From Candidatus Latescibacterota bacterium (GTDB lineage: Bacteria > Latescibacterota > UBA2968 > GCA-2709665), in assembly GCA_965219995.1 (NCBI GenBank), contig CBDCOX010000002.1:1472001-1536000 (forward strand): DNA of 64,000 nucleotides. The letters are read 5' to 3'. The notes beneath the pieces are model-generated. The model ran no database searches. It saw nothing but the letters and a program-made list of their open reading frames with translations, and was not told the origin of the DNA. Shown piece after piece: positions 29,780-39,117 of the stretch. How positions within the stretch are numbered: the first letter of the stretch is position 1; every line of letters begins with the position of its first letter. The position numbers were made by a program, and so were the translations under genes.

Positions 29780-30274
29780 TCACTGTTGCGACGATATCCC
29801 CAGTCGTTTGCGGATGACCGCCAGTGTCTCCTCGGGCGTCTGGTTTCCGTTGTCGATCACGGTTCCGATTCCCGGATCGATATGCGAAGACCGATATTGT
29901 TCCCGTATGCGGTTTCGTTCCCGCTGAGACAGTTGCCGGCCGCCTCGATCGGAAACCGCTAATTCAACGGGCGGCCGGAGCGTGAACGCGTGTATGGAAA
30001 CGCAGGCGTCTTGCGCTTCACGTTCGAAGGCCGCGTAGTCACGATGTGAAATCGGCCACGTAACCACAACGTTGAACCCGCGCGAGAGCCAGTTTCGCGT
30101 CAGCATCGCGGCATCATCGACACAGTATGGACACGCTTCCGCCAGGCTCAGACAGTCGGCGAAGTGACGCAGTTCGTCGACCTCGATGTGTACGGTCCCG
30201 GGCAGGTTTTCCGCCAGAAGACGACCGACGGTCGACTTGCCGGAATTGATCGAACCGTTGATATAGATCAGCAT
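29780..30274 (-). CDS. P-loop nucleotide/shikimate-kinase-like protein
   Basis: INGSINSGKST Walker A. Confidence 0.8.
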   Translation of the reverse strand: MLIYINGSINSGKSTVGRLLAENLPGTVHIEVDELRHFADCLSLAEACPYCVDDAAMLTRNWLSRGFNVVVTWPISHRDYAAFEREAQDACVSIHAFTLRPPVELAVSDRGGRQLSQRERNRIREQYRSSHIDPGIGTVIDNGNQTPEETLAVIRKRLGISSQQ

Positions 30275-30286
30275 GGGGCGTGGCCG

Positions 30287-31054
30287 TCAGTCGATGAGGC
30301 CCCAGAGACGCTGCCGGTCGGCGGACCAGCCCGCCCAATCGGGGTGCACGTGTTTGATCGCCTCCAGGTCGCGCTTGCGGCCGCCCGCCGGGAAGTAATT
30401 CCACCCCATCGCACGCCGGGGTCCTGCGGCGGTCTTCAATCCTGTCGCGTGCCAGCAGGAGGGCGTCCACACCAGGGTCCACCGGGGGTCGAGGATGACC
30501 TCCACCTCGTGCGGGTGGCGGGCGTACAGTTGCCCTGGCATTTCGTCGTGCGTTCCGGTCGCCAATTCGAGCTGCATCAGCTCGGCTCTGACCTCCTCGG
30601 GCGGACGGTGCTGGCTGCCGGGCAGCACCCGGAGCGGCCCGTTGCTGGCGTCGTGGCGGTCAAGTGCGGTACGAAAGGAGACCTGGCGGACTTCCGGGCT
30701 GCCGTCCGCGTGCCAGGGGACCTGGCGCTGGCCCGTCCTTTCCGCCTTCGAGGCATCTCCAATGCCGCAGGCGCCCACGTGCACCCTTTCCACGCCCAGA
30801 ACCTGCCGCGCCGCTTCCACGATCTCCGGGCGCTCCACCATCTGCAGCACCGGTTCGCCGATCATCAGAAACAGGCAGGCCAGTCGGTTGCATCCCGTGG
30901 GAAACTCGCTGCGTTCCCACTCCGGCTCCACTTCCTGCTGCCGGTTGTCGACCAGACGCACGCCTTGCTCCCCCAGGGGATTCGGGATGAAGAAGAACCC
31001 GTTGCGTTCGAAGTGCGCCAGGTGGACATCGCTGATCTTCAGTTGATTCTCCAT
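30287..31054 (-). CDS. Phytanoyl-CoA dioxygenase family protein
   Basis: WHAD, NGPLRVLPGSQ, WHAT. Confidence 0.85.
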   Translation of the reverse strand: MENQLKISDVHLAHFERNGFFFIPNPLGEQGVRLVDNRQQEVEPEWERSEFPTGCNRLACLFLMIGEPVLQMVERPEIVEAARQVLGVERVHVGACGIGDASKAERTGQRQVPWHADGSPEVRQVSFRTALDRHDASNGPLRVLPGSQHRPPEEVRAELMQLELATGTHDEMPGQLYARHPHEVEVILDPRWTLVWTPSCWHATGLKTAAGPRRAMGWNYFPAGGRKRDLEAIKHVHPDWAGWSADRQRLWGLID

Positions 31055-31057
31055 GTT

Positions 31058-32134
31058 TCAAGCCCTCTCCACGGTTAACCTTGCGAGTTTGTCTTCATCC
31101 AGTTCGACACCCAGGCCGGGGCCCTCGAGCGGCCACAGATAGCTGCCCTCGGCCCTCACCCGCTCCCTTGCCGGCGATGCTGTGTACAGCACGGGTCCCA
31201 TCGGATCGCACGGTAACCGGACCTGGGGCGAGGTGATGCCCACCGCCACCTGCGCGCTGACGCCCAGCGTGGACTCCTGGTCGGTTCCGATCAGGCAGGG
31301 CAGTCCCGCCGCCTCCGCCACGGCCAGGATGCGCTTGACGTGGGTGGGACCGCCCGAGACGCAGGCCACGTTGAAGGCCGTACAGGCGCCGCGTTCGGCC
31401 GCCTCCCAGGCCTGCTGCAGGGAGCCGATGTGCCAGGTGACCGGCAGGTCGACGCGGCGGGTGAACTCGGCGCTGGAGCGCATCTCAACCGTCGGCTGCT
31501 CGAAGTGGAACGGGTCGTGACGCCGCAGCCTCTCGCCGTAGCGCAGCGCCTCCAGCCAGTCGCGGAAACGACCTGAGAAGTCGATGGACTTCAGCCGGAT
31601 CCTGTCGCCGTGCCTGGCCTTCATTTCGGTGAGGAAGCGGTCGTCCAGATCCACGTCGCCCGAGACGTAGTAGCGGAACAGGTGGTGGCCCAGATCGACC
31701 AGGCGCTGCAGATACGTGCCTGTGCGCTCGAAGTCCGCCGTCACCTGCCAGCCGAAGATCGGATAGCAGCAGTAGAGCGAGTCGCGCACCTTTCCTCCGA
31801 ACATCTGGTAGACAGGAACGCCCTGAACCTTGCCGTTGAGGTCGTACAGCGCCAGGTCCACGGCGCTGGCCACGTGCGGATTCGTGACCGTGCTGTTCCA
31901 GTTCCGGGCGCGGGCGAAGTCGTTGATTTCGTTGATGCAGCGTGCGTCACGCCCCTTCAACTGCTCGTTCAACTGCCGCGCCAGGGCGGGCACATCGGCG
32001 CACCGGCTGTCGGACGCTTCGCCGAGGCCCACGGGACCGTCGTCCACGTACACCTTGATCAGCACGTGACCGGAGACGTGCCCGTAGAAGCGAGGCGTCT
32101 CGATCTGGATGACCTCGATACTTTCGATGATCAC
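31058..32134 (-). CDS. Mandelate racemase/muconate lactonizing enzyme family protein
   Basis: GLGEA, SAVDLALYDLNGK..GVPVYQMFGG.VRD, EQP, PGLGVELDE; GTG start after GGAG. Confidence 0.88.
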   Translation of the reverse strand: MIIESIEVIQIETPRFYGHVSGHVLIKVYVDDGPVGLGEASDSRCADVPALARQLNEQLKGRDARCINEINDFARARNWNSTVTNPHVASAVDLALYDLNGKVQGVPVYQMFGGKVRDSLYCCYPIFGWQVTADFERTGTYLQRLVDLGHHLFRYYVSGDVDLDDRFLTEMKARHGDRIRLKSIDFSGRFRDWLEALRYGERLRRHDPFHFEQPTVEMRSSAEFTRRVDLPVTWHIGSLQQAWEAAERGACTAFNVACVSGGPTHVKRILAVAEAAGLPCLIGTDQESTLGVSAQVAVGITSPQVRLPCDPMGPVLYTASPARERVRAEGSYLWPLEGPGLGVELDEDKLARLTVERA

Positions 32135-32185
32135 GACTTTCTCCCGACTTCGTGGATGACACCCCGATTCAAGTAATGACAGTTC

Positions 32186-32214
32186 ACATGGATGAACAGG
32201 ATAAACAGGATAAA
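32186..32214 (+). repeat. ACATGGATGAACAGGATAAACAGGATAAA motif (copy 3)
   Basis: Direct match to the 9-mer family core. Confidence 0.8.
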
Positions 32215-32744
32215 ACCCACAGGCCGGGAAGTTCCCGGTTACGGGATAAAGCGACGAGTCCGGCAACTCCGGACGCAACATCAACCAAAGAAGCGATCTG
32301 GCACAATCAAGATTGTCATCTATTTCTGCGCTAACATGATTGAAAAACAACCTATAGAACAAAAAACACTGCCTTGCGTGAATAACTCGTTGAATTGCAC
32401 AAAGCGGAAATTCACTTTGGATAGACAGGAAAAAAAAGCGGAAGCAGGAACCTGTCAAATCGGATACGAAGGGCTTCGCGACCCCCGACGTGCCGTCAGC
32501 AACGGACCGCACCACGACAAGTTAGAATTCTTACGTCGAATCGCCAAGAGAGAAAGTCATCCGCCTTCTGAACCGGAAGGATTCGTCGGGAACGAGAAAT
32601 TCCAACCGGTCGCACAGGAAGGAGCCGGTAGTCGCGTTGCCAGTCTTCCCACGTCGACGTGTCGTTTACGTATGTGAACACTGCGATGCTTTCGTACAGC
32701 AACAATGGTGGCCGGTGTCAATATACTGCGGCTAAATGGGAGAA

Positions 32745-33480
32745 GATAGATGTAAGAGGGTAAATGTAAGACGGGAGACGGGAGATGACCGTCCCGCGAT
32801 CGAAGATCAGCGATCAGCTATTGGCGTACTGCGTCCGGCATGAATCAAAGTCGAACATCAAATTCAAAATCCCCTTTTCCCCAAATTCCGTGAAGAACGG
32901 GTAGACGTAAGACGGGAGACGTGAGATGACATGAGTGCCCTACGGTTTTTCTCGTCGTTACCATAGTCGGTAAAGAAACAGGCACGGTTAGCGTGAAAAC
33001 ACTGTGGTAACGTTATCATCTACTGTCTCACCTCTACCCTCTTACCGCATTTGGCTGGGCGCGGGGCCTGCCATATGCATAGCGCGAACACCCTTACAGG
33101 ATGCACAAAATCCTCTGCCCTGACACCCCAGGCAGCACATCGATCTGCGCTGCTGGACGGATCAGCGCGCTCTGCTCAGGAAGTCCTCTCGAAACGCTAT
33201 TCTTACGTGTCTGCATTACACTCTTGTGAGCGAGGAGTAAACAGCTATCAGCGATAGGCTTTCGGCTAAAACCGACATCACTTCATGTGAGCGCTATGAA
33301 ACAGCACGACCGAAAGGAACGCAGACCTCTCCCCCCAAGCCCCACACACCTGAGTTAGATAGTAGACGTGAGATGTGAAAGATTGTTTGCCCGGTTCGGT
33401 TTCATTTCTCGACGGAGACATAAAGGAAAAACCAATCGGACAAGGATTTCTTCTACCGTCTTCCGTCTCACGTCTCACCG
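32745..33480. repeat. Repeat-rich non-coding block: heptamer tracts (AGACGGG/AGACGTG) in both orientations plus structured element copy B (33054-33185)
   Basis: Tracts near 32750-32788, 32900-32930 (+), 33018-33045 (-), 33355-33378 (+), 33452-33480 (-). Confidence 0.7.
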
Positions 33481-34062
33481 CCTTCAGGCGTCCATCAAGC
33501 GATGGCAGTTCCCAGACGATTCAGCATATTCCGATTGAGATCCGACTCGATTTGCGGACCGTCGGTAGCACAACGCGGAGGCAAGCTACGGCGGCGCAAG
33601 TCAGAGCATCGATTAGAAAGCCGGTTGCGGACGGCGGCGATGCCACGTGGGAAAGGGTAACGGCTGCAGAATACGCCGAATCGTTCCCGGAGCCGGACCT
33701 CGTCAACCGGGAGGCCTTGAGATTGGTTAGGGAAGCTATTTGAGTGGGATGTTGTCTCGATACAGCTATTTTTCTACACAGTCGGATGGACGATCTAATT
33801 CCAGCTTTCACGTGAGAACTCGAACTCCGGATGCGACTGGTTGGATGCCAAACCGGGTACCTGCCATTTAAATTTCTGCTTCGTCGTCATTGACGATATA
33901 AGATTGAAATTTAACACGTTACAAAAAACATCACTTGATTCCAGGCGGAAATCCTGATATATTTTCTTTCAAGGACGTGAGACATAATATCGGCGTCTTA
34001 TCTCACGATCGGAAAGTGAGTTCCAGTTCTCGATACAATTGAAGAAAGGGGTGCAGGACGCG

Positions 34063-34299
34063 ATGAAGCAGACTATGGATGCTGTATATGAAAATGGAGT
34101 CTTCAGGCCATTAAATGCACCCGAACTGTCTGAGGGCCAATTCGTTCGCATTGAAATCGAAACTCCTTTAAAGGAAAGTTCCGATGATCTTCTTGAATTA
34201 GCCGCAAGAGTCTATGAAGGACTTTCCAAAAACGTTATTGACGCCGTAGAGAAGATTGCAAACGACCGACGCGGCTTTTTCGAAAACAGGAACCAATGA
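34063..34299 (+). CDS. AF2212/DUF104-like antitoxin
   Basis: AVYENGVFRPL...LSEGQ.V.I. Confidence 0.87.
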   Translation: MKQTMDAVYENGVFRPLNAPELSEGQFVRIEIETPLKESSDDLLELAARVYEGLSKNVIDAVEKIANDRRGFFENRNQ

Positions 34300-34709
34300 T
34301 GGCACTGGCCAGGGTGGCGTTGGATACGAACATCCTCAGCGCCATTATGCGCCGAAAATCCTCAGTAATTCCAACGGCCGGGGCTTATCTCAGAGAGCAC
34401 CATCAGTTCCATATTTCCATTATAACACGATATGAGATTCTGCGTGGCCTTATGGCAAACGATGCGGTTCGACAGATTGTGTCGTTTGAGGATTTCTGTT
34501 CGCGAAATATCGTCCTTCCCTTAAATGAGGAAACCATATCTAAGGCCGCCGAAATTTACGCGGATTTGCACAAACGGGGCGAGCTGATCGGAGATGCAGA
34601 CATTTTAATTGCAGCTTCCGCAGTGGTTCACGGGCTTGGGGTCGTGACCAACAATGAGAGGCATTTTCGTCGGATTTCGGATCTCCATGTTGAGAATTGG
34701 TTAAAATAG
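34296..34709 (+). CDS. vapC: VapC PIN-domain toxin
   Basis: LDTNILS, E, DADILIAASA, TNNERHF.RI..L..ENW. Confidence 0.92.
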   Translation: MMALARVALDTNILSAIMRRKSSVIPTAGAYLREHHQFHISIITRYEILRGLMANDAVRQIVSFEDFCSRNIVLPLNEETISKAAEIYADLHKRGELIGDADILIAASAVVHGLGVVTNNERHFRRISDLHVENWLK

Positions 34710-34748
34710 ACTACGCAGCAGACACATCAAGAAACGACGAACGATTTC

Positions 34749-34774
34749 GCGGCCTGGGTTGGGCCGTTTTTTTT
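34749..34774 (+). terminator. Rho-independent terminator
   Basis: GCGGCC/GGCCGT stem followed by a T tract after vapC. Confidence 0.7.
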
Positions 34775-34951
34775 GTGCCTGTACTTGCAGAGTTCACAGG
34801 ATTGCGATCCCACCGACGCGATTGGTTTTGGGTTGATTCAGGCAATCTTGCAAAAAGCTCCAATATGGATGGATTCAGCGTCCCGGGAAAGGAATCATGT
34901 ATCCTCGGCCAATGGTGCCCGAAGCGGAACGAGGACGAGGGTATTACGCGA

Positions 34952-35287
34952 CTATTGGTGCGCGTCGGTAAGGATTCGCTCGATGGAATCGACGAGCCGT
35001 TGTTTGGGCACGGCGCCGACGAGGCGGTCCATTTCATGTCCATTCTTGAAGAGCAGGAGTGTGGGCAGGCTTTGGATGCCGTATCGGACCGCCGATGAAT
35101 GAGAGGAATCGAAATCCATCTTACCGACTTTCAGACGCCCGGCGTATTCGGCGGCCAGATCCTTCACAATCGGATCAATCAGCCGGCAGGGTCCGCACCA
35201 GTTTGCGCCTACGTCGACGAGGACCGGACGGTCTGAGGAAATCACCTCCGTTTCAAAGGTCGCGTCGGTGAACGTAGCGGGCGTCAT
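34952..35287 (-). CDS. trxA: Thioredoxin
   Basis: WCGPC active site; YGIQSLPTLLLFKNG. Confidence 0.93.
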   Translation of the reverse strand: MTPATFTDATFETEVISSDRPVLVDVGANWCGPCRLIDPIVKDLAAEYAGRLKVGKMDFDSSHSSAVRYGIQSLPTLLLFKNGHEMDRLVGAVPKQRLVDSIERILTDAHQ

Positions 35288-35291
35288 AAGT

Positions 35292-35543
35292 TCATCCTCC
35301 TCTCTCTGGCAGATTGCGTGGCAGGTTGAGCCGCGAATACCCCGGAAAAAAGAAATCAGGCCGGATGGACTGAATCCTTCCAAGGTCACACATGAGACCG
35401 ATGTGTTCCGCATTGGGCGAAATCCTGCCGGTCTCCCACCGGGCAACTGTGGACTGGGGAACGTCCAGGATTTCTCCCAGTTTCTGCTGGGTGATCCCCA
35501 CCGTTTTTCGAAACTCCCTGATCCGCGACCGGTCGAACGGCAT
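35292..35543 (-). CDS. XRE-family HTH regulator
   Basis: IREFRK..GITQQKLG..LDV.QSTVARWETG...P. Confidence 0.87.
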   Translation of the reverse strand: MPFDRSRIREFRKTVGITQQKLGEILDVPQSTVARWETGRISPNAEHIGLMCDLGRIQSIRPDFFFPGYSRLNLPRNLPERGG

Positions 35544-35568
35544 CAAAATCTCCAGTGAATATATCATC

Positions 35569-35606
35569 TTTGCTATAAAAATAGCCAAATATAGATCGAC
35601 TGTCAA
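35569..35606 (-). promoter_or_regulatory. Sigma70 promoter with a palindromic operator over the -10 element
   Basis: TTGACA-17-TATTTT; GCTAT-N4-ATAGC palindrome. Confidence 0.65.
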
Positions 35607-35752
35607 GGGTGAAATCGTCCATACGATTTCGTCCGGTCAAGAGTCAGAAATTACGCAGTGGGAAGCGCAGGCGGGAGCTAACCGGTGTCGCGACGATGAC
35701 GCGTCTGCATGCGGGCGCGTCCCCGGATTCGCCCGGATCTTAGGCGCGGATT

Positions 35753-36778
35753 TCAGGAGGAGTTTGCGACCGCTGATCTCAGGGCGTCATAGCACGCGTT
35801 CCAGCGGTCCAACTCGTCCCGGACCGTTTCTTCGTCACCCATTGAAGTCCAGCAGGTGACCCCGTGAATGAACATCAGCATCCGTTCGATTGCCAGGGCC
35901 GCCGTTTCCTCCTCCCGCCAGGCAGGTTTGCAGACCTCCCGGTACGATTCGAGGAATGCGGCTTCCACGTTCTCGTCCACAACTCGATATCGCGTTGATT
36001 CGCCCCAGGGCGAATCAGAATGCGGAGCCAGGTAGTACATCGATACACAAACTTCGAACACCCGCCGACCTATTGACGCGTGGCTGCAGTCAATAAACCA
36101 GAGGTTACTCTCGTGATCGATGATCATATTCTGGGGACTGGTGTCCAGGTGCAGACCGGTTTCGACCAGGCGCGGTCGAAGCCTGTCGATCGCTTCGACG
36201 CAGCGCTCTGTATCCTTTACGTACGTGATAAACTGATCGTGAAATGCACTTCCTCCGGTTGAATCCCGCATCTTCCGGACGTTCGCCTGCAACCTGTTGA
36301 CAGCAAGATGATTCATGGTGAGACGTTCTTCGCCCGGCAGGTCCCGATATCCGACGCCTGCACTGTGAAGACGGGCAATTTCAGCCCCCGCCAGACGAAC
36401 GTCCGATCCAATCCCCTTCTTCGGCGACCTTCCCTCAACGAATGGAAAGACCTCGACAATCATCCCCTGCTCTTTCGTCAAAAAGGTCTTCCCGTCAAGT
36501 GACTGCAACGGAAGGACGGTTCGTACGCCGAGATTACTCAGGTGCATCTGGAATCGATGTACCTGTGAAAGACGACGAGCCAATGACGATGAACCCTCTG
36601 AGTTTCGCCCTGGATCGGATACCCGCAGGACGTAGGGTTTTCCGGTATTCCGGCACGCGATCCTGACAACATGGGCAATCTTGCCGCTCATGTCGCGATA
36701 TTGCCCATCCCAGACAATACCATAATTCCAATAGAGCCACTCGGGATCCGGAAGCGCGTCGCTCGGGCTCAACGCCAT
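35753..36778 (-). CDS. APH/choline-kinase-like phosphotransferase
   Basis: IARLH, HLDTSPQN (HxDxxxxN), FIDCS. Confidence 0.8.
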   Translation of the reverse strand: MALSPSDALPDPEWLYWNYGIVWDGQYRDMSGKIAHVVRIACRNTGKPYVLRVSDPGRNSEGSSSLARRLSQVHRFQMHLSNLGVRTVLPLQSLDGKTFLTKEQGMIVEVFPFVEGRSPKKGIGSDVRLAGAEIARLHSAGVGYRDLPGEERLTMNHLAVNRLQANVRKMRDSTGGSAFHDQFITYVKDTERCVEAIDRLRPRLVETGLHLDTSPQNMIIDHESNLWFIDCSHASIGRRVFEVCVSMYYLAPHSDSPWGESTRYRVVDENVEAAFLESYREVCKPAWREEETAALAIERMLMFIHGVTCWTSMGDEETVRDELDRWNACYDALRSAVANSS

Positions 36779-36903
36779 ATCACCTTGTCCTCACGCCAGG
36801 GAGAACCGCAGAAGCCTCCAGTTCAACACCGACGGTCATGATGGCGAATCCATTCATCGTCGACTCCGATCAGCAGCAGGGTTCAACGGTGGCCGCCCGC
36901 GAA

Positions 36904-37497
36904 TCAGGCGCCCGACGCCGCCTCTCTCCGGACTCGACGCGCGTTGAAATACAGGGCGGCGTGCCCACGCGCGTCGTCGACCGGCTTATGGGTGTGCGCC
37001 AGGCCGCCCCGTACTTCCGCGGGGTATTCCGGGCGGTCCCCCAGGTATTCCAGGTTCAATGCCGCCTGAACGTAGGACGGCACGTCCACGCCGGCTCCCA
37101 CAAAGGGACAGCGGATTCGGAACGGTCCCCGGAAAACGGAGGCGTTGCAGAATCTCCGCAAATACCAGTCGAGCCAGATGCCGTCGAACATCAATGGATG
37201 GGCGGCCAGCGCCAATTCGGGCCCGAGGCTTTCAAGCCAGGACAGGCAACGTTCCATCCCCGCGGCGGGCGGTACGGTGTTGTGCCGAATGTGCGCCCAC
37301 GCCTCCGGCTGGGTCCGCCACCAGGCCATCACATTCTCTGCGCCGCGAGCGCCCTCCAACGCATCGAGGTTGATTTCGAACACGTCCAATTCGCACCCAT
37401 CTTCGTCGAATGCCGCAAATCCGAGGCTGAGCATCGAATTTACGCCCGGCGTCGGCCCGTCAACCTCAATATCCAGAAAACAATAGATCAAGCCCAT
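36904..37497 (-). CDS. DEDDh 3'-5' exonuclease (Rv2179c/RNase AS-like)
   Basis: LDIEVDGP, FD, HKPVDDA. Confidence 0.85.
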   Translation of the reverse strand: MGLIYCFLDIEVDGPTPGVNSMLSLGFAAFDEDGCELDVFEINLDALEGARGAENVMAWWRTQPEAWAHIRHNTVPPAAGMERCLSWLESLGPELALAAHPLMFDGIWLDWYLRRFCNASVFRGPFRIRCPFVGAGVDVPSYVQAALNLEYLGDRPEYPAEVRGGLAHTHKPVDDARGHAALYFNARRVRREAASGA

Positions 37498-37701
37498 ACG
37501 GGTCTCTTTCAGGTGAATTGTTCACGACAACCCAAGGTTTTGATGTATAACGGGTTGTTTTTCAATAAATCCAGCGGAGTATTATGCGACGGCATTTCAT
37601 GAATTGCGAAATTGATTGGTCAGGGTGATGTTTCGTAGCCCACCGAGGTAAGGATCCATCGGTTTGGCCCGGAATCGTGAGCATTTGTCCTGCTCCTGGT
37701 C

Positions 37702-37730
37702 TTTATCCTGTTCATCCTGTCCATCCATGT
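37702..37730 (-). repeat. ACATGGATGGACAGGATGAACAGGATAAA motif (copy 4)
   Basis: Reverse complement matches the family core. Confidence 0.8.
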
Positions 37731-37956
37731 TAGTTCATGCTTAGTAAGTTATCCAGGTTTCAGACATTGGATTACGAATTACGTCTGGCGAACGTCCGGC
37801 GCCTCTGATGTCATTCGAAGCGTCGGCGAATGCACTTCGGCAAGCTCAGCACAAGCAACGCAGGCAGGGAAAGCAGCGCAGACAATATAAACAACGTAGC
37901 GAGAGGGGATGAATCGTCGGAAGAATGGTGGGGTATTTCCGGGACAGGACACCAGG

Positions 37957-39117
37957 TCAGGTGAGCCCGATGCTCCGGATTCGGGCACGATAGTGACGCT
38001 CAAATGCCGTTCGCAACCGGGAGAATCCCCACGGCTTTCCCCGTCTCTTCATTGAATCGACGACGACCGAGCCGAAGCCGAAGGCCAAATAGTGGCGAAG
38101 GTCTGAAACATCCGCCTGGAAGAACCCGGCGTCCCTCAGACGCGAAAACAGTCGATGCGCCGGCCAGACCGGATTGTGAAGCAGTACGCCGACCAGTATC
38201 TCTCTGCTTCCGAGGAACGCCTGTTCGAAATCGATGAATTTGTGGACCACGCCATCCCGCAGGAACAGGTTCCGCTGATTCCAATCCAGTTTGATCAGCA
38301 CCTCGTCCGAAAGCTCGACATTCGCGACATTCTCGCCGAGCACCTTGAAAATCGGAGCGCATTCGTCGCCGTTTGATGCCAGCCGGCAGAGACTGTCGTG
38401 TAGCGAGTCAAGATTATCATCCGCCCCCCTGCCCTGGAAATACCGGATTTTCAGGTCCGTACAGGGCACTGGCACGTTGAATAACTCTACGATCGCGTCT
38501 ACGTAACGATCGGTCAGCACGTTCAGATCGACGGTCGTCAGGTCCACGTCGCGCATCAGATCGCCGGTCACCCGCTCGATGACGATGGAGGCGTCTTGAC
38601 TCGAATCCAACAGGGTCGGAATCAAGGGCGACCCGCCGTAGTGCCGGTAGAATCCGACTTCACGCCTGAACCTGCCTGCCGGATCGTCGTTCTGATTGTA
38701 GGTCTTCCTGATCGAACCGCGAGGCAGATAGTCAATCCGGCTCTTGCGGCCGAAAGGGCGCAGGCCTTCTCGCAACACGGTTGACCTGAAAAACCGTTCC
38801 TGGAATTCCGTCGTCGCGATGATTTGCGCGTCGGAGAATTCTGTGCCTTCAGGCACAACGACGAGCTTGTCATCGTTGTCGTCTGCTCTTTGAATGACGG
38901 CGATGCACCTTCCGCTGAAGGACTCGATCGGTCTATGGACGCCAAGGACGTAGGCATCGAGGTTGTCGCCGTCAGCCGCCGGCACGTCGTCCAGAAATCC
39001 GTAGTTGACCGGATAAACGAACCCCGTGTCAGGATGTCGGGAGCCGAGAGGCCGATCTATCGAGACCCGGACCGTCTTTCCGATAAACGTCCTCGCATCC
39101 ACGAATTCGGCTTTCAT
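37957..39117 (-). CDS. Inorganic pyrophosphatase-like domain fused to a kinase-like (APH-fold) domain
   Basis: DRPLGS.HP, YPVNYG, DGDNLDAY, DDKLVV; then REVGFY, DWNQRN, FIDFE. Confidence 0.8.
   Translation of the reverse strand: MKAEFVDARTFIGKTVRVSIDRPLGSRHPDTGFVYPVNYGFLDDVPAADGDNLDAYVLGVHRPIESFSGRCIAVIQRADDNDDKLVVVPEGTEFSDAQIIATTEFQERFFRSTVLREGLRPFGRKSRIDYLPRGSIRKTYNQNDDPAGRFRREVGFYRHYGGSPLIPTLLDSSQDASIVIERVTGDLMRDVDLTTVDLNVLTDRYVDAIVELFNVPVPCTDLKIRYFQGRGADDNLDSLHDSLCRLASNGDECAPIFKVLGENVANVELSDEVLIKLDWNQRNLFLRDGVVHKFIDFEQAFLGSREILVGVLLHNPVWPAHRLFSRLRDAGFFQADVSDLRHYLAFGFGSVVVDSMKRRGKPWGFSRLRTAFERHYRARIRSIGLT

Noticed and set aside
32135-32515. N-terminal extension of the enolase-superfamily ORF to 32515
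   Set aside because: It runs through a repeat motif; family similarity and the RBS start at 32134.
32215-32745. tRNA, riboswitch or other known ncRNA in the long intergenic gap
   Set aside because: No cloverleaf, T-loop or riboswitch consensus recognisable by eye; an Rfam scan would be needed to exclude it.
33836-33860. ~20-bp similarity to 56990-57012 (TG.TTGGATGC.A..CCGGGT)
   Set aside because: Short with several mismatches; could be chance.
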